Assembly (NCBI GenBank): GCA_009838515.1
Contig: VXRL01000002.1
Coordinates: 83,248-147,247 of the forward strand
Direction: 5' to 3'
Length of the DNA stretch: 64,000 nt
DNA from: Terriglobia bacterium
GTDB taxonomy: Bacteria > Acidobacteriota > Terriglobia > Bryobacterales > UBA6623
Part shown: piece by piece, positions 26,470 to 35,788 of the stretch
How positions within the stretch are numbered: position 1 is the stretch's first letter
How the letters are laid out: each line of letters starts with the position of its first letter
Notes under the pieces: generated by a model
What the model was told of the DNA's origin: nothing
Database searches by the model: none
What the model saw: only the letters and a program-made list of their open reading frames with translations
Program-made: the position numbers and the translations under genes

Positions 26470-28035
26470 CTATCCGGAGATTCGCCGCGCGTGTCGACGA
26501 AGCCTCTGCCAAGCCTGCCGAACCGGGCTCAGGCAGAGCAACAGCCCGCCTAGGCACAGCGTGATGACGGTGAGGTCCCATAGGGGACGGCGATCGTAGA
26601 GGAATCGGAAGTCGAGGCTATGCAGACCGTGATACAACCAGCGGTTCAGCCGGGTGAGCCGCTCTTCCTTGCGAAGGATGAGCCCTCGTTGCGGATCGAC
26701 GTAGAGCCACGTGCGCACGGCGTCGGCGAATCGCAGCCGAAGAACCGGAATCGGGAGAGTCCGGTTCCGCGAGTAGTAATAGCTGTCGTAGTCCTCCAGC
26801 CAGGAGGAATCCGCAATCGGGGTTCCGGCCATCGCCTCGGCTGCGGCTGATCGAAGCCGGGCAACCGAGAAGCGCTCGAACGTCGGTGCCGCAGGATGGG
26901 CGAGCGACACTGCGGCGTGCTGCATGGGCTGCACCGAGGAAAGAAACGCAGTCGGTCCGGCGCGCCTTCCAGGCGGAGCGGGCGTTGGAGGTCGATAGGC
27001 GAGCAAGAACGGTTCGCCGGAGAATTGCAGGACCTCCAGCTCTTTCGGCACGAAGGATCCGGCGACGGCTGCCGCACCCGTGCGGATCCTGTCCAGTGTG
27101 ACGGCTTCGAGCCGAAGGGACCCTCCCGCAAAGGCTTCCCGCTGCTCCCGGGTCGGCGAGGATGGCGGATGCCAGTCCCACGGGTCCAGCGACAAGCATC
27201 CACTCAGGACCCATGTAAACGTCGTAAGGCCGAACGCAAGGCCAGCGAAATGGTGCCAGCGCATTAGGCCAGAATACGGAGATCGATAGCGTACTCCCCG
27301 GATCCGGTACCTGGCCGTGACGGAGACTCGCCAGATACCCCAGGCGATGCCCGATAACGCTAGTATGCAGCCAGCGATTGCCAGCCAGATCACCGTATTG
27401 ATCCACAACGTGGTACGGAGCCGAAACGGCGTGAAGTACAGCCAGTGCGTCACAGCCCCCAGATAGCCCCACAGCCTTCCCGTCCTTGTCGTCTCCATGA
27501 CCGGCTCACCCGAGCGCGAGGAGACATAGAGATGAGTGCCCGCCGGATCGTCGAACTCGATCCGATGGGCCGGCATCAGGTTGCGCAACGAAATCGTCCA
27601 TTGGTCGGGTTCGCGCAACAGCGTCGACGACGTGACGCGGTAAGCATCGAAGGACAGGAAACGCCTGGCGATCCTTTCCGCGCCGCGAGTGTCCATCGAT
27701 CGCATCGACTCTCCCGTATCCGCGAACACCGTTGACCAGTCCCCGCCGCGCGAGAAGCGGTAGACGGGCCTGTCTCCGAGCATTGCGACGCGGAACCGCT
27801 CCGGCGCGAAGTCCGCCCGACGAGCCGCTACATTGGGTGGGACAGCCAGCGCGGAAAGATCCAGCTTCGCCATCCGCCGCAATCGATCTTCAGGCGCCAA
27901 GCTGGGCATCCGCTTGTACATCATCACGATGCCGGAGGAAAACCATGCGGCGAACAAAATGCAGCCGCAAATGCCCAGCCAGCGGTGCGTGTAGATCAAT
28001 GCTCGGCGGAAGGGGAACCGAGGGATGCGCGGCAC
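26470..28035 (-). CDS. PepSY-associated TM-helix protein (PiuB-like iron-regulated membrane protein)
   Basis: The N-terminus reads FRRALIYTHRWLGICGCILF. Several TM segments follow in the typical PepSY_TM arrangement. The start is a GTG at 28035. Confidence 0.8.
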   Translation of the reverse strand: MPRIPRFPFRRALIYTHRWLGICGCILFAAWFSSGIVMMYKRMPSLAPEDRLRRMAKLDLSALAVPPNVAARRADFAPERFRVAMLGDRPVYRFSRGGDWSTVFADTGESMRSMDTRGAERIARRFLSFDAYRVTSSTLLREPDQWTISLRNLMPAHRIEFDDPAGTHLYVSSRSGEPVMETTRTGRLWGYLGAVTHWLYFTPFRLRTTLWINTVIWLAIAGCILALSGIAWGIWRVSVTARYRIRGVRYRSPYSGLMRWHHFAGLAFGLTTFTWVLSGCLSLDPWDWHPPSSPTREQREAFAGGSLRLEAVTLDRIRTGAAAVAGSFVPKELEVLQFSGEPFLLAYRPPTPAPPGRRAGPTAFLSSVQPMQHAAVSLAHPAAPTFERFSVARLRSAAAEAMAGTPIADSSWLEDYDSYYYSRNRTLPIPVLRLRFADAVRTWLYVDPQRGLILRKEERLTRLNRWLYHGLHSLDFRFLYDRRPLWDLTVITLCLGGLLLCLSPVRQAWQRLRRHARRISG

Positions 28036-28042
28036 CTGAGGA

Positions 28043-28645
28043 CTACCGAACGACGAGCGATACGGTCAGCGTTACCTGCCTTGGCCTGCCGCTACGTGCA
28101 GACGGACCGCGGGAAATGTCGCCGTTCCAGAAGCACTCTTTGTCGAAGAGATTGTGAGCGGGGAGGGCTGTGAGCGATGGTCCGCGCCCCCGCGAGACAG
28201 CGGCATCCACGAGGGTGTAGGAACTGAACCTGAGTGTATTCCCTTGATGGACTTGGGCCGGCCCCAAACGTTTCACGTCGAAAGCCACGTCCGCGCTCCG
28301 GGCGCCCGAGATCGTGGCACCACCGCTGAGCACGACGCCAGGTACGGTCGGTAGCCGATTGTCGGTCAGCACCGTGTCGCTGCTGGCGGACTGAATCACG
28401 AAATCTCCGAAGCGATCACGGCAGAAACACGCGTTCGCATGGCCCGCTACGCGGCGGCCTGGATCCCAGCGCAATCCACTTTCGAAACCCCGGCACCGGT
28501 GTTCGCCGGCGTTCGACGGCAGGAAGGAGGGACGCTGCCAGACTATCGTAACGATGCCATCACGACGCATCCAGAACAAGCCACCTTCCACGGTAAGTTC
28601 TCCGTCGAACGCGTGTGCCTTGAGCCCGGCCGCGTGGTTGTCCAC
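28043..28645 (-). pseudogene. C-terminal remnant of a TonB-dependent receptor
   Basis: The 200-aa ORF resembles only the last beta-strands of a TBDR (...NLFDKECFWNG...GRPRQVTLTVSLVVR). There is no plug or N-terminal barrel. A divergent gene begins about 115 bp beyond it. It sits 7 nt upstream of the PepSY gene, its usual partner. Confidence 0.5.
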
Positions 28646-28759
28646 AGCTTCGGGAACTAGACCTCCTAGTCGCGGCCGGGCCTACAATTGAGATCACGGG
28701 CTTCAGGTCCGGCACGGTGCCGCCCGCAGTGCCCTGCGGCCGAAGGCGCTAGCAGCAAG

Positions 28760-29389
28760 ATGGTCGCCAACTGCACCTGCGGAAGCCCCCTGCCTCCGGG
28801 CGCTTCGTTCTGCCCCCGCTGCGGGCGGCCGCTGGTGCCGGGCGTGGGCGAGCCCGAAGTGCCGTTCGAACTGCCCGGGCAACCCGAGTCGGTGCCTCGG
28901 GAGCTGACCGCGAAAGACTACCTCAGAGCCGTCGGCCCGCCGGCGATAGCGGGCATGTCCCTGCGCTTTCTTCTCAGCGCGCTGGTCTCGCTGATTGGCC
29001 TGGGCTTTGCCGCGGCGATGCTGGGCATCGGGGTGGTGTGGCTGGTGGCCTACTACGCGGTGAGGCGCTTCGAGCAGAGAGTCGCGCCGGTCTCGGGCTT
29101 GTGGCACGGATTCGGGGTGGGGGCGCTGACGGGCCTGCTGTGCTACCTTCCGACGCTCGTCACGCAACTGGCGGTGCTAGGCGGGCCGGGTCAAGAGGCG
29201 TTTCTGGAGGCATTGCGGGAACAGGCGCAGGAGTCGCCCATCATCGCGGGAGCGGCTACCGCGCTCGAGGATCCGACCGTATTCTGGGGCGCGATGGTCT
29301 TGACCATCCTCGTAGAGGCCACGGTGCTCGTGGCCGGGGCCGGCGGGTTCGGAGCGCTGGCCGCAAGGACCGTGGTCAACGAGCGCTAA
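28760..29389 (+). CDS. zinc-ribbon membrane protein, function unknown
   Basis: It starts MVANCTCGSPLPPGASFCPRCGRPL, followed by several hydrophobic helices. A TACAAT box lies at 28683-28688. Confidence 0.55.
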   Translation: MVANCTCGSPLPPGASFCPRCGRPLVPGVGEPEVPFELPGQPESVPRELTAKDYLRAVGPPAIAGMSLRFLLSALVSLIGLGFAAAMLGIGVVWLVAYYAVRRFEQRVAPVSGLWHGFGVGALTGLLCYLPTLVTQLAVLGGPGQEAFLEALREQAQESPIIAGAATALEDPTVFWGAMVLTILVEATVLVAGAGGFGALAARTVVNER

Positions 29390-29437
29390 CGGGATCGGCC
29401 GCGCACGCGGGATGCCGGGAGCCGGGCCGCCCTGCGT

Positions 29438-29443
29438 TATACT
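29438..29443 (+). promoter_or_regulatory. candidate -10 box (TATACT) 6 nt upstream of the GTG start at 29450
   Basis: TATACT, then cgcagc, then GTG. There is no Shine-Dalgarno sequence. The geometry fits a leaderless mRNA. Confidence 0.35.
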
Positions 29444-29449
29444 CGCAGC

Positions 29450-30397
29450 GTGAAGTCTGACAAGGCTTCGGAGTGCTACACGCGGGCTGGCATTCGGCGG
29501 ATCTTGGGGATCAACGAGAACCGGTTGCGCGCATGGGAGCGCGCCGGGCTGACCGAGGTCAAGGAGAGCTATAGCTTCGCCGATCTGATCTCGCTCAGGA
29601 CGCTGCAGGGGCTCCGCGTCGAGCGCATCTCGACGAAGCGCATCCAGCAGGCGCTCCAACACTTGCGACACCGTCTCGCCTCCATCCGCGAGCCGCTGAG
29701 CGAGCTCAAGATCGTCTCTTATGGCCGCCGCATCGCCTTCGAGCTGCCGGGCGAGAAGATCGAAGCGCTGACCGGCCAGTTGTTGCTGAAGTTCGACGTC
29801 GAGCAGTTGCGCCAGGCGTCCGTCGTCGAGATTCAGAGCCGCCCGTCGCAGTCTGCCGAGCACGCCTTGGACGGCGAAGCGCTGTTCCAGCGCGCTATCG
29901 AGCTGGAGAGCAGCGGCGCGCCTGTGCCGGAGCTTGTCGGCCTCTATCGCAAGGTGCTCGAACGCGATCCTGCGGCGGCCGGTGCACTGGTGAATCTCGG
30001 CACGCTGCAATTCCGGCAGGGCGAGACCGCCCAAGCCGAACAACACTACCGCGACGCGCTGCGTTTGTACCCGAACTATGCTCTGGCGCACTACAACCTA
30101 GCGAACGTCTGCGATGCCTCGGGCAGGCTGGAAGAAGCCGTCCAGCACTACTCCGACGCCCTGCGCTACTGCCCCGATTATGCCGACGCGCACTATAACC
30201 TCGCGCTGGTGGAAGAGCGCCTTGAGCGCTTGGCCGAAGCGGCACGGCACTGGAGCGCCTACCTCCAGTTCGATTCGTCCAGTCCCTGGGCGAAGATCGC
30301 GCGCCTCAAGTTGCGAAAATTGCGCAAACCCGACAAGGGCGGCCCCCAGCCCGTCGGGACCACGTTCCGCAAGCCGTTCGACGGCGCGCAAGAGTAG
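29450..30397 (+). CDS. MerR-type HTH domain fused to TPR repeats
   Basis: The N-terminus YTRAGIRRILGINENRLRAWERAGL...YSFADLISLRTLQGL follows the MerR HTH pattern. The C-terminal half has tandem TPR motifs (YRDALRLYPNYALAHYNLANV, YSDALRYCPDYADAHYNLALV). Confidence 0.75.
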   Translation: MKSDKASECYTRAGIRRILGINENRLRAWERAGLTEVKESYSFADLISLRTLQGLRVERISTKRIQQALQHLRHRLASIREPLSELKIVSYGRRIAFELPGEKIEALTGQLLLKFDVEQLRQASVVEIQSRPSQSAEHALDGEALFQRAIELESSGAPVPELVGLYRKVLERDPAAAGALVNLGTLQFRQGETAQAEQHYRDALRLYPNYALAHYNLANVCDASGRLEEAVQHYSDALRYCPDYADAHYNLALVEERLERLAEAARHWSAYLQFDSSSPWAKIARLKLRKLRKPDKGGPQPVGTTFRKPFDGAQE

Positions 30398-30430
30398 CCG
30401 CCGTCCGCGGTTCGGTACCATCGGGGATCC

Positions 30431-31135
30431 ATGCAACCGTCGCTCGAGCGCGTCAGCACCCTGACTTTCGACATGTTCGGCACAGTGCTGGACTTGTCGG
30501 GCTCTGTCGTTCCGGCAGTGCGCGATTTCTTAGCTGCCGCCGGAGTGGAGGCCGACGCATCGGCGGTCTGGGCTGACTGGCGGACGCGCCAGCGGCTCGA
30601 GCAGCATCAGGACACGATCTTGATGCTGGGGCACAGAGGCTACCTCGACTCTGCCCGCCGAGCACTGCAGCACACGCTCAAACGCCACCGAGTGGCATAT
30701 GCGGAGGACGGTGTGCGGGACTTGCTGAAGGTGTTCGAGCGCCTGCGTCCGTTCGACGACGCGCAGACGGGTCTGTTGCGGCTGGGCGAGCGCTATCGAC
30801 TGGTGGCGCTTTCCAACGGCGATCGCGGCTTGGTCGAGCACTTGGCGGCGAACAACGTGGAAGCGGCGTTCGACCGCAGCCTATCGGTGGACCGGGTGGG
30901 GCGTTTCAAGCCGCATCCGTCGGTATACCGGATGGCCGCGGGCGAGCTGCAGTGCGAGCCGGGGGAGATCATGATGGTGGCGGCACATGCGTTCGACATC
31001 TTGGGGGCGAGGGCGTGCGGCTACCGCGGCGCCTATGTCAACCGCTACGGACTGCCCTACGAGGACTCGCCGTTGCTGCCGGACCTCGAGGTCCGCGACT
31101 TCAATGAACTGGCCGACCGCCTGCTGGCCCGCTGA
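30431..31135 (+). CDS. haloacid dehalogenase type II (HAD superfamily)
   Basis: It has the HAD motif I region LTFDMFGTVLD, then SNGD, and a C-terminal AAHAFDILGA. Confidence 0.8.
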   Translation: MQPSLERVSTLTFDMFGTVLDLSGSVVPAVRDFLAAAGVEADASAVWADWRTRQRLEQHQDTILMLGHRGYLDSARRALQHTLKRHRVAYAEDGVRDLLKVFERLRPFDDAQTGLLRLGERYRLVALSNGDRGLVEHLAANNVEAAFDRSLSVDRVGRFKPHPSVYRMAAGELQCEPGEIMMVAAHAFDILGARACGYRGAYVNRYGLPYEDSPLLPDLEVRDFNELADRLLAR

Positions 31136-31230
31136 GCAGATCCGTCCGCAGCGCTGCGGTTCGACCCCGCGTCGACTTGACCTAGCCGGGCTCGTGACGG
31201 CGCACCGGGCCGACTAGCGGGTTACGTCGC

Positions 31231-31614
31231 GTGCGTTGGTTCGTCGTGCCATCCGGCTTCGGAGCGGCCTTCCTGCGCTTGGTGTGGGAGAAGTACCGGG
31301 CCGAGATGGTAGCGGCGATCGTTGCGGCCACCGCGCTGCCGCTGCTATTCGGATGGGTGCCACCGAACCCGTACTACGGATTCCGCACGCCCCGTTCCAT
31401 GAGTTCGCCGGAAGCTTGGTATAGGGCGAACGAGATCATGGCGTACTATCTGTTGGCATCCCAAGCTCTGGGTCTCTTGGCGAAGCGGCGCGTCACTGCA
31501 ACGCTGATCGCCCGTTGGGGCAGGGACGAATCGACGTGGGCGACGCCTTGGGTATGCGCCGCCGCGATCTTGGGCGTGCTAGGCTCCGTCGCTCATTTCT
31601 ACTGGATCGGCTGA
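31231..31614 (+). CDS. SdpI-family membrane protein
   Basis: 127 aa with 4 TM segments. It has the motif PPNPYYGFRTPRSMSSPEAW, typical of SdpI/YhfL. Confidence 0.7.
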   Translation: MRWFVVPSGFGAAFLRLVWEKYRAEMVAAIVAATALPLLFGWVPPNPYYGFRTPRSMSSPEAWYRANEIMAYYLLASQALGLLAKRRVTATLIARWGRDESTWATPWVCAAAILGVLGSVAHFYWIG

Positions 31615-31641
31615 GCGCCGGGGCGAGTATGGCGGTGCCGC

Positions 31642-32730
31642 CTATTGCAACGGCGCGCGGATTTCGGCTGGCGTGTCCGCTGCATGGCGTACCGTCGCTC
31701 CGGTCAGCACGATCTTTTGGTCCCGGACTTCCAATCCGCCTTCTGGCATCGGCGGACCGTCGTGATCCCGGAAGTACAGCGGCAGGCCTTCGGAGAAGTT
31801 GAGCGGGCGGCCTCGAGGATTCTGGCGTTGGTGATGGATATGAATGTGGGGCTCGCTAGTATTGCCCGAGTTGCCGCAGGCTCCGATCGGCTGTCCCTCT
31901 TCGACTTGGTCGCCGCGCTCCACCAGCACACTCCCCCGCTGCAGATGCGCGATCAGCAGGTAGGTTCCGGTATGGAGCTCGAGCGCTACTGAATTGCCGG
32001 CCGGGTGCTTGATGTCCATGCTCGCTTTGCCCGGCATGTGATCCGGCAGCCCGTCTACTGCCATCGCCACGGTCGCTGCAGCCGGCGCGACGACAGGCGT
32101 GCCGTAGCAGCCGTAGTCGGCGAGATCCCTGCCGCCGTGCGCGGCCGGTTCTACCAGCAGGTCGTAGGCCCACCGCTGGTCTGGGTAGGCGGCGTGATAG
32201 TTCGTGTCGAGGCTGTCGCCGCCCCAACCGACGAGCAGCTCTTCGTTGGAGGGCAAGCGAACGGTTGCGGAGGGCGAGGAAGTCCCCAGGCTGAAAGGGA
32301 ACGTGATGGTGAGGATTCCGAATCCCCACAATGCGGGCCAGAAGGCCACTGCCGCCAGTCCGAACGTCACTTGCATCGGGCGGCTGAAGTGCCGCGTGCG
32401 CAAGGCATGCGCGAGCAGCGCCATGAGCGAGACCGGGGCAAGGGTCTGGCCTGCCGTCACCAGCGCCAGCCAGCCTACGACGGCAGCCATACCGCCAGAA
32501 AAGTACGCTGCCCACCCGGAAATGAGCACCAAGGCCAACGTGCCCGGCAGGCACCAGCGCAGGATTGGCCAGCATCGCTCCCAGACGGTTCTTAACCGGC
32601 GTAGGATTAGTGGGCCCCAGTCCGCCATTGCCGATGGCAAGTTCCAGCCTGCCCCATTATTGCGAACGGTGTCGGCGAATTCGGCCAGATTCGGCCGAAC
32701 GGTGCCAGCCGAAAGCTCGGCTGCGCCCAT
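31642..32730 (-). CDS. M23-family metallopeptidase with polytopic N-terminal membrane domain
   Basis: The C-terminal LytM motif is GACGNSGNTSEPHIHIHH. The N-terminus is multi-TM. Confidence 0.85.
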   Translation of the reverse strand: MGAAELSAGTVRPNLAEFADTVRNNGAGWNLPSAMADWGPLILRRLRTVWERCWPILRWCLPGTLALVLISGWAAYFSGGMAAVVGWLALVTAGQTLAPVSLMALLAHALRTRHFSRPMQVTFGLAAVAFWPALWGFGILTITFPFSLGTSSPSATVRLPSNEELLVGWGGDSLDTNYHAAYPDQRWAYDLLVEPAAHGGRDLADYGCYGTPVVAPAAATVAMAVDGLPDHMPGKASMDIKHPAGNSVALELHTGTYLLIAHLQRGSVLVERGDQVEEGQPIGACGNSGNTSEPHIHIHHQRQNPRGRPLNFSEGLPLYFRDHDGPPMPEGGLEVRDQKIVLTGATVRHAADTPAEIRAPLQ

Positions 32731-32764
32731 GCCCGCTACGCCAGCGAATGCTTGGATGGGCTGC

Positions 32765-32770
32765 TAGGAT
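32765..32770 (+). promoter_or_regulatory. candidate -10 box (TAGGAT) 6 nt upstream of the ATG at 32777
   Basis: TAGGAT, then tcgacc, then ATG. There is no Shine-Dalgarno sequence. Confidence 0.3.
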
Positions 32771-32776
32771 TCGACC

Positions 32777-35284
32777 ATGCGCGTTGCAACGCTGACGCTG
32801 CTTGCATGCCTTGGCGCGTTTGGCCAGGACGTGTTGCCCCAGGATCAAGGCATCGGCGGCCTTGCCCAGAAGCTGCGCCAGCTGGCATCCCCCTACCGGG
32901 TGCTGCACATCGTGGCGCACCCGGACGACGAGGACGGCCCGACGCTGACGTACCTGAGCCGCGGGCTCGGCGCCGAGGTCGTGATCGCATCGATCACACG
33001 CGGCGAGTCCGGCGCAAACTTGGTCACGGGCGACTTCTTCGATGCGCTGGGAGTCTTGCGGACGCTTGAGTTCCGCAAGTCAGCGCAGTACTACGGAACC
33101 GACCTGCGGTTCACGCGCTTCGCCGACTTTGGTTATTCGAAGACTCTGGAGGAGACGCTCTCGAACTGGGATCGTGACGAGGTCACGCGCGACCTGGTGG
33201 CGATTATCAGGGAGGTGCGGCCCCATGTCGTGCTGTCACGGTTTCAGGGTGGGCCCCCTGACGGGCACGGCCATCATCAAGCTGCTGGTCTTCTGGCCCG
33301 CGAGGCGCATCAGGCGGCCGGAGACCCCTCTCGGTATCCGGACGCCGGCCAGCCTTGGCAGCCGTTGAAACTGTATGCCAACAACAGGCGCGACGGCCAG
33401 GACTGGACGGTGGCGATCGATTCCGGCGCATACGATCCGGTGCTGGGAACGACCTACGCCGAAATGGCGCGCTCGGGCCTGCGCTTCCAGCGCTCCCAGG
33501 GCGCGGGTTCGGCGATCGCCGAGCCCGGGCCGTCGGTGCGACGCTACAAGCTGTTGGAGTCTGCGGTCGGCTTGGCAGAGCGCGAGGAGTCGATCTTCGA
33601 CCGGATCGAAGCCGAGCTGCCGCGCGGCGTGGCCGAGGCAGTTGCTGCTGCCGCGCAGCGGCTGGGCCCGGATCGGCCCCCAGATGCGTGTGTGCCGGAC
33701 CTGCTGCGCGGACACAGTGCTGTCCGCGCAGCGCGGCGGGCGTCCGATTCGGCGTCACTGGCACGGCGCGAGTCCCTGTTCGAGGTTGCCGTGGCACAAG
33801 CCTTGGGATTGCGGCTCGCCGTTCTCGTCGAACCGGACCAGACCGCCGGGCGCTCCTCGTCGTTCCTGCCGTTCGAGACGGTGAACATCGCTACGCCCGG
33901 GCAGACGGTCGAGGTCACCGCCCGGCTGTTTGCGGCTGGCGATCTGCCAGAGGGAATTGCATGCCGCGTCGACGCTCCTGCCGGATGGGAGGTAGAAGCC
34001 TTGGACGGGTTGCGCTTTCGCGTAACGGTGCCGGAGGACGCCCAGCATTCCGCTGTGCCTTGGCGGCGAGCGTCGGTTTGGGATCTGTCTTACGACGATA
34101 CGGCGCAAGAGCACTGGAGCCGAGCGCTGCCGCGATCGCCGCTGCGGGTCAGCTGCTCCTATCGCGTTAACGGAACTCAGCTGCATCTCTCCGCGGCGGC
34201 TCAGGCGAGTTACATTGACGCGGAGCGCATCCAGCGTCGCCGTGAGTTGGCCGTCGGGCCGGCAGTTGCAGTCGAATTTGCCACCGACGCGGGCGTGATC
34301 GTCGCCGGAAGCGGCGCGTACCGGCTGGCAGTGTCCTTGCGCAGCAACGCGTCCGCGCCCGTGGATGGCCACCTGCAGCTGGGCCTGCCGCCTGGCTGGT
34401 CGGCGGCTGAAAGCAAGAAACGGTTCGCTTTCCGCCGCGCGGGCGAAATCGCAGAGATCGATTTCTCCATCCGGCCTGCCCCGGACGCCGCGCCGGGCAC
34501 CTACGCGATCCGGGCCGAAGCACAGTACAACGGCAGAACATCGGCCGTGAGCTTTCGGCGAGTGCTCTACCCGGGACTCGAGACGGCGTACTTGTCGAGG
34601 CCTGCCCGGCACGAGGCCCGCGTGGTCGACGTCGCCACGGTGCCCCGATTGCACGTCGGATACATTGTCGGCACCGGAGACGCCGTCCCCGAGGCCATCA
34701 GGCAGCTCAGCGCACGGGTCACGATGCTCGGCGCGGCGGAGCTGGCTTCCGGGGACCTGTCTAGGTACGACGCCATCTTCGCCGGCATCCGTGCCTATGC
34801 CGTGCGCGAGGACCTCAAGGCCCACAACGCCCGGCTGCTGGAGTACGTCGAGAGCGGCGGCGTGGCCGTGATGCAGTACAACACGCCCGAGTTCGATCAG
34901 AATTTCGGCCCCTTCCCCTACAAGATGACGCGGCGCCCGGAAGAGGTCAGCGAGGAGGACTCGCCCGTAACGATACTGCGGCCGGGCGATCCTGTCTTCA
35001 CTTGGCCTAACCGCATTACCGAAGACGACTTTCACGGCTGGGTGGAGCAGCGCGGGTCGAAGTTTCTCGCGGAGTGGGACGAGCGTTACGTGCCGTTGCT
35101 GGAAACGCACGACACCGGCCAGGAGCCTCAGCGGGGAGGATGGCTGGTCGCGCGACACGGCAAGGGCCTGTACGTCTATTGCGCCTATGCCTGGTACCGG
35201 CAATTGCCGTACGCCGTTCCAGGGGCTGTGCGCATCTTCGCTAATCTGCTGGCCCTTGGGGCGCCCGACGCGCCTTGGCGGTAG
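32777..35284 (+). CDS. exported PIG-L/LmbE-family deacetylase fused to a large C-terminal domain
   Basis: It has a signal peptide and the PIG-L motif HIVAHPDDEDG. Total length is 835 aa. The C-terminus looks ThuA- or amidotransferase-like, but that call is weak. Confidence 0.75.
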   Translation: MRVATLTLLACLGAFGQDVLPQDQGIGGLAQKLRQLASPYRVLHIVAHPDDEDGPTLTYLSRGLGAEVVIASITRGESGANLVTGDFFDALGVLRTLEFRKSAQYYGTDLRFTRFADFGYSKTLEETLSNWDRDEVTRDLVAIIREVRPHVVLSRFQGGPPDGHGHHQAAGLLAREAHQAAGDPSRYPDAGQPWQPLKLYANNRRDGQDWTVAIDSGAYDPVLGTTYAEMARSGLRFQRSQGAGSAIAEPGPSVRRYKLLESAVGLAEREESIFDRIEAELPRGVAEAVAAAAQRLGPDRPPDACVPDLLRGHSAVRAARRASDSASLARRESLFEVAVAQALGLRLAVLVEPDQTAGRSSSFLPFETVNIATPGQTVEVTARLFAAGDLPEGIACRVDAPAGWEVEALDGLRFRVTVPEDAQHSAVPWRRASVWDLSYDDTAQEHWSRALPRSPLRVSCSYRVNGTQLHLSAAAQASYIDAERIQRRRELAVGPAVAVEFATDAGVIVAGSGAYRLAVSLRSNASAPVDGHLQLGLPPGWSAAESKKRFAFRRAGEIAEIDFSIRPAPDAAPGTYAIRAEAQYNGRTSAVSFRRVLYPGLETAYLSRPARHEARVVDVATVPRLHVGYIVGTGDAVPEAIRQLSARVTMLGAAELASGDLSRYDAIFAGIRAYAVREDLKAHNARLLEYVESGGVAVMQYNTPEFDQNFGPFPYKMTRRPEEVSEEDSPVTILRPGDPVFTWPNRITEDDFHGWVEQRGSKFLAEWDERYVPLLETHDTGQEPQRGGWLVARHGKGLYVYCAYAWYRQLPYAVPGAVRIFANLLALGAPDAPWR

Positions 35285-35508
35285 CTGGCATGGCAGAGCA
35301 GTACGACGCCGACGTCGTTGTGATCGGCAGCGGCGCCTCTGGCGGCCGCTTCCAGCGAAAGGACTTCTGGACGCATGTCAAGGGGTGGCAGCGGGCGGAG
35401 CGGCTGCGGCGCGGCGAGCAGCCACCGCCGTTCTGTCCCGACCGCGCGGAGCAGCCCTACACGACTGTGGCGGATCGTCCCTTCGACCTGACGCCGTGGT
35501 GCGATTGA
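35275..35508 (+). pseudogene. N-terminal remnant of a GMC/FAD-dependent oxidoreductase
   Basis: It contains AEQYDADVVVIGSGASGG (the dinucleotide-binding GxGxxG start of GMC enzymes). After that it degenerates and stops after 77 aa. About 280 bp without an ORF follow. Confidence 0.4.
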
Positions 35509-35788
35509 CCCGGGGAGATAGGGTCTAGTCGCCACGCTGAAACAACCCTGCTGACTGCTGGGATTTCCAAATGTGCGATCCCGGGCGTACCACGGGTTCT
35601 GCGCCTTTACCGCGCTCCGGCGGGCGTTCGACCAGGAATCCCAGCGTTTGAATGGGTAGCCGGACAGCGAGATGCGCGAGCGCTTCTCTCCGGCGAACAG
35701 GTCGGCCGAGTCAATGGAAAACGCTACCGGAGCCGAATCGGTTAAGTTACGGACATGAATGTGCTAGTCTCCGACACGGGGAGGCTTA

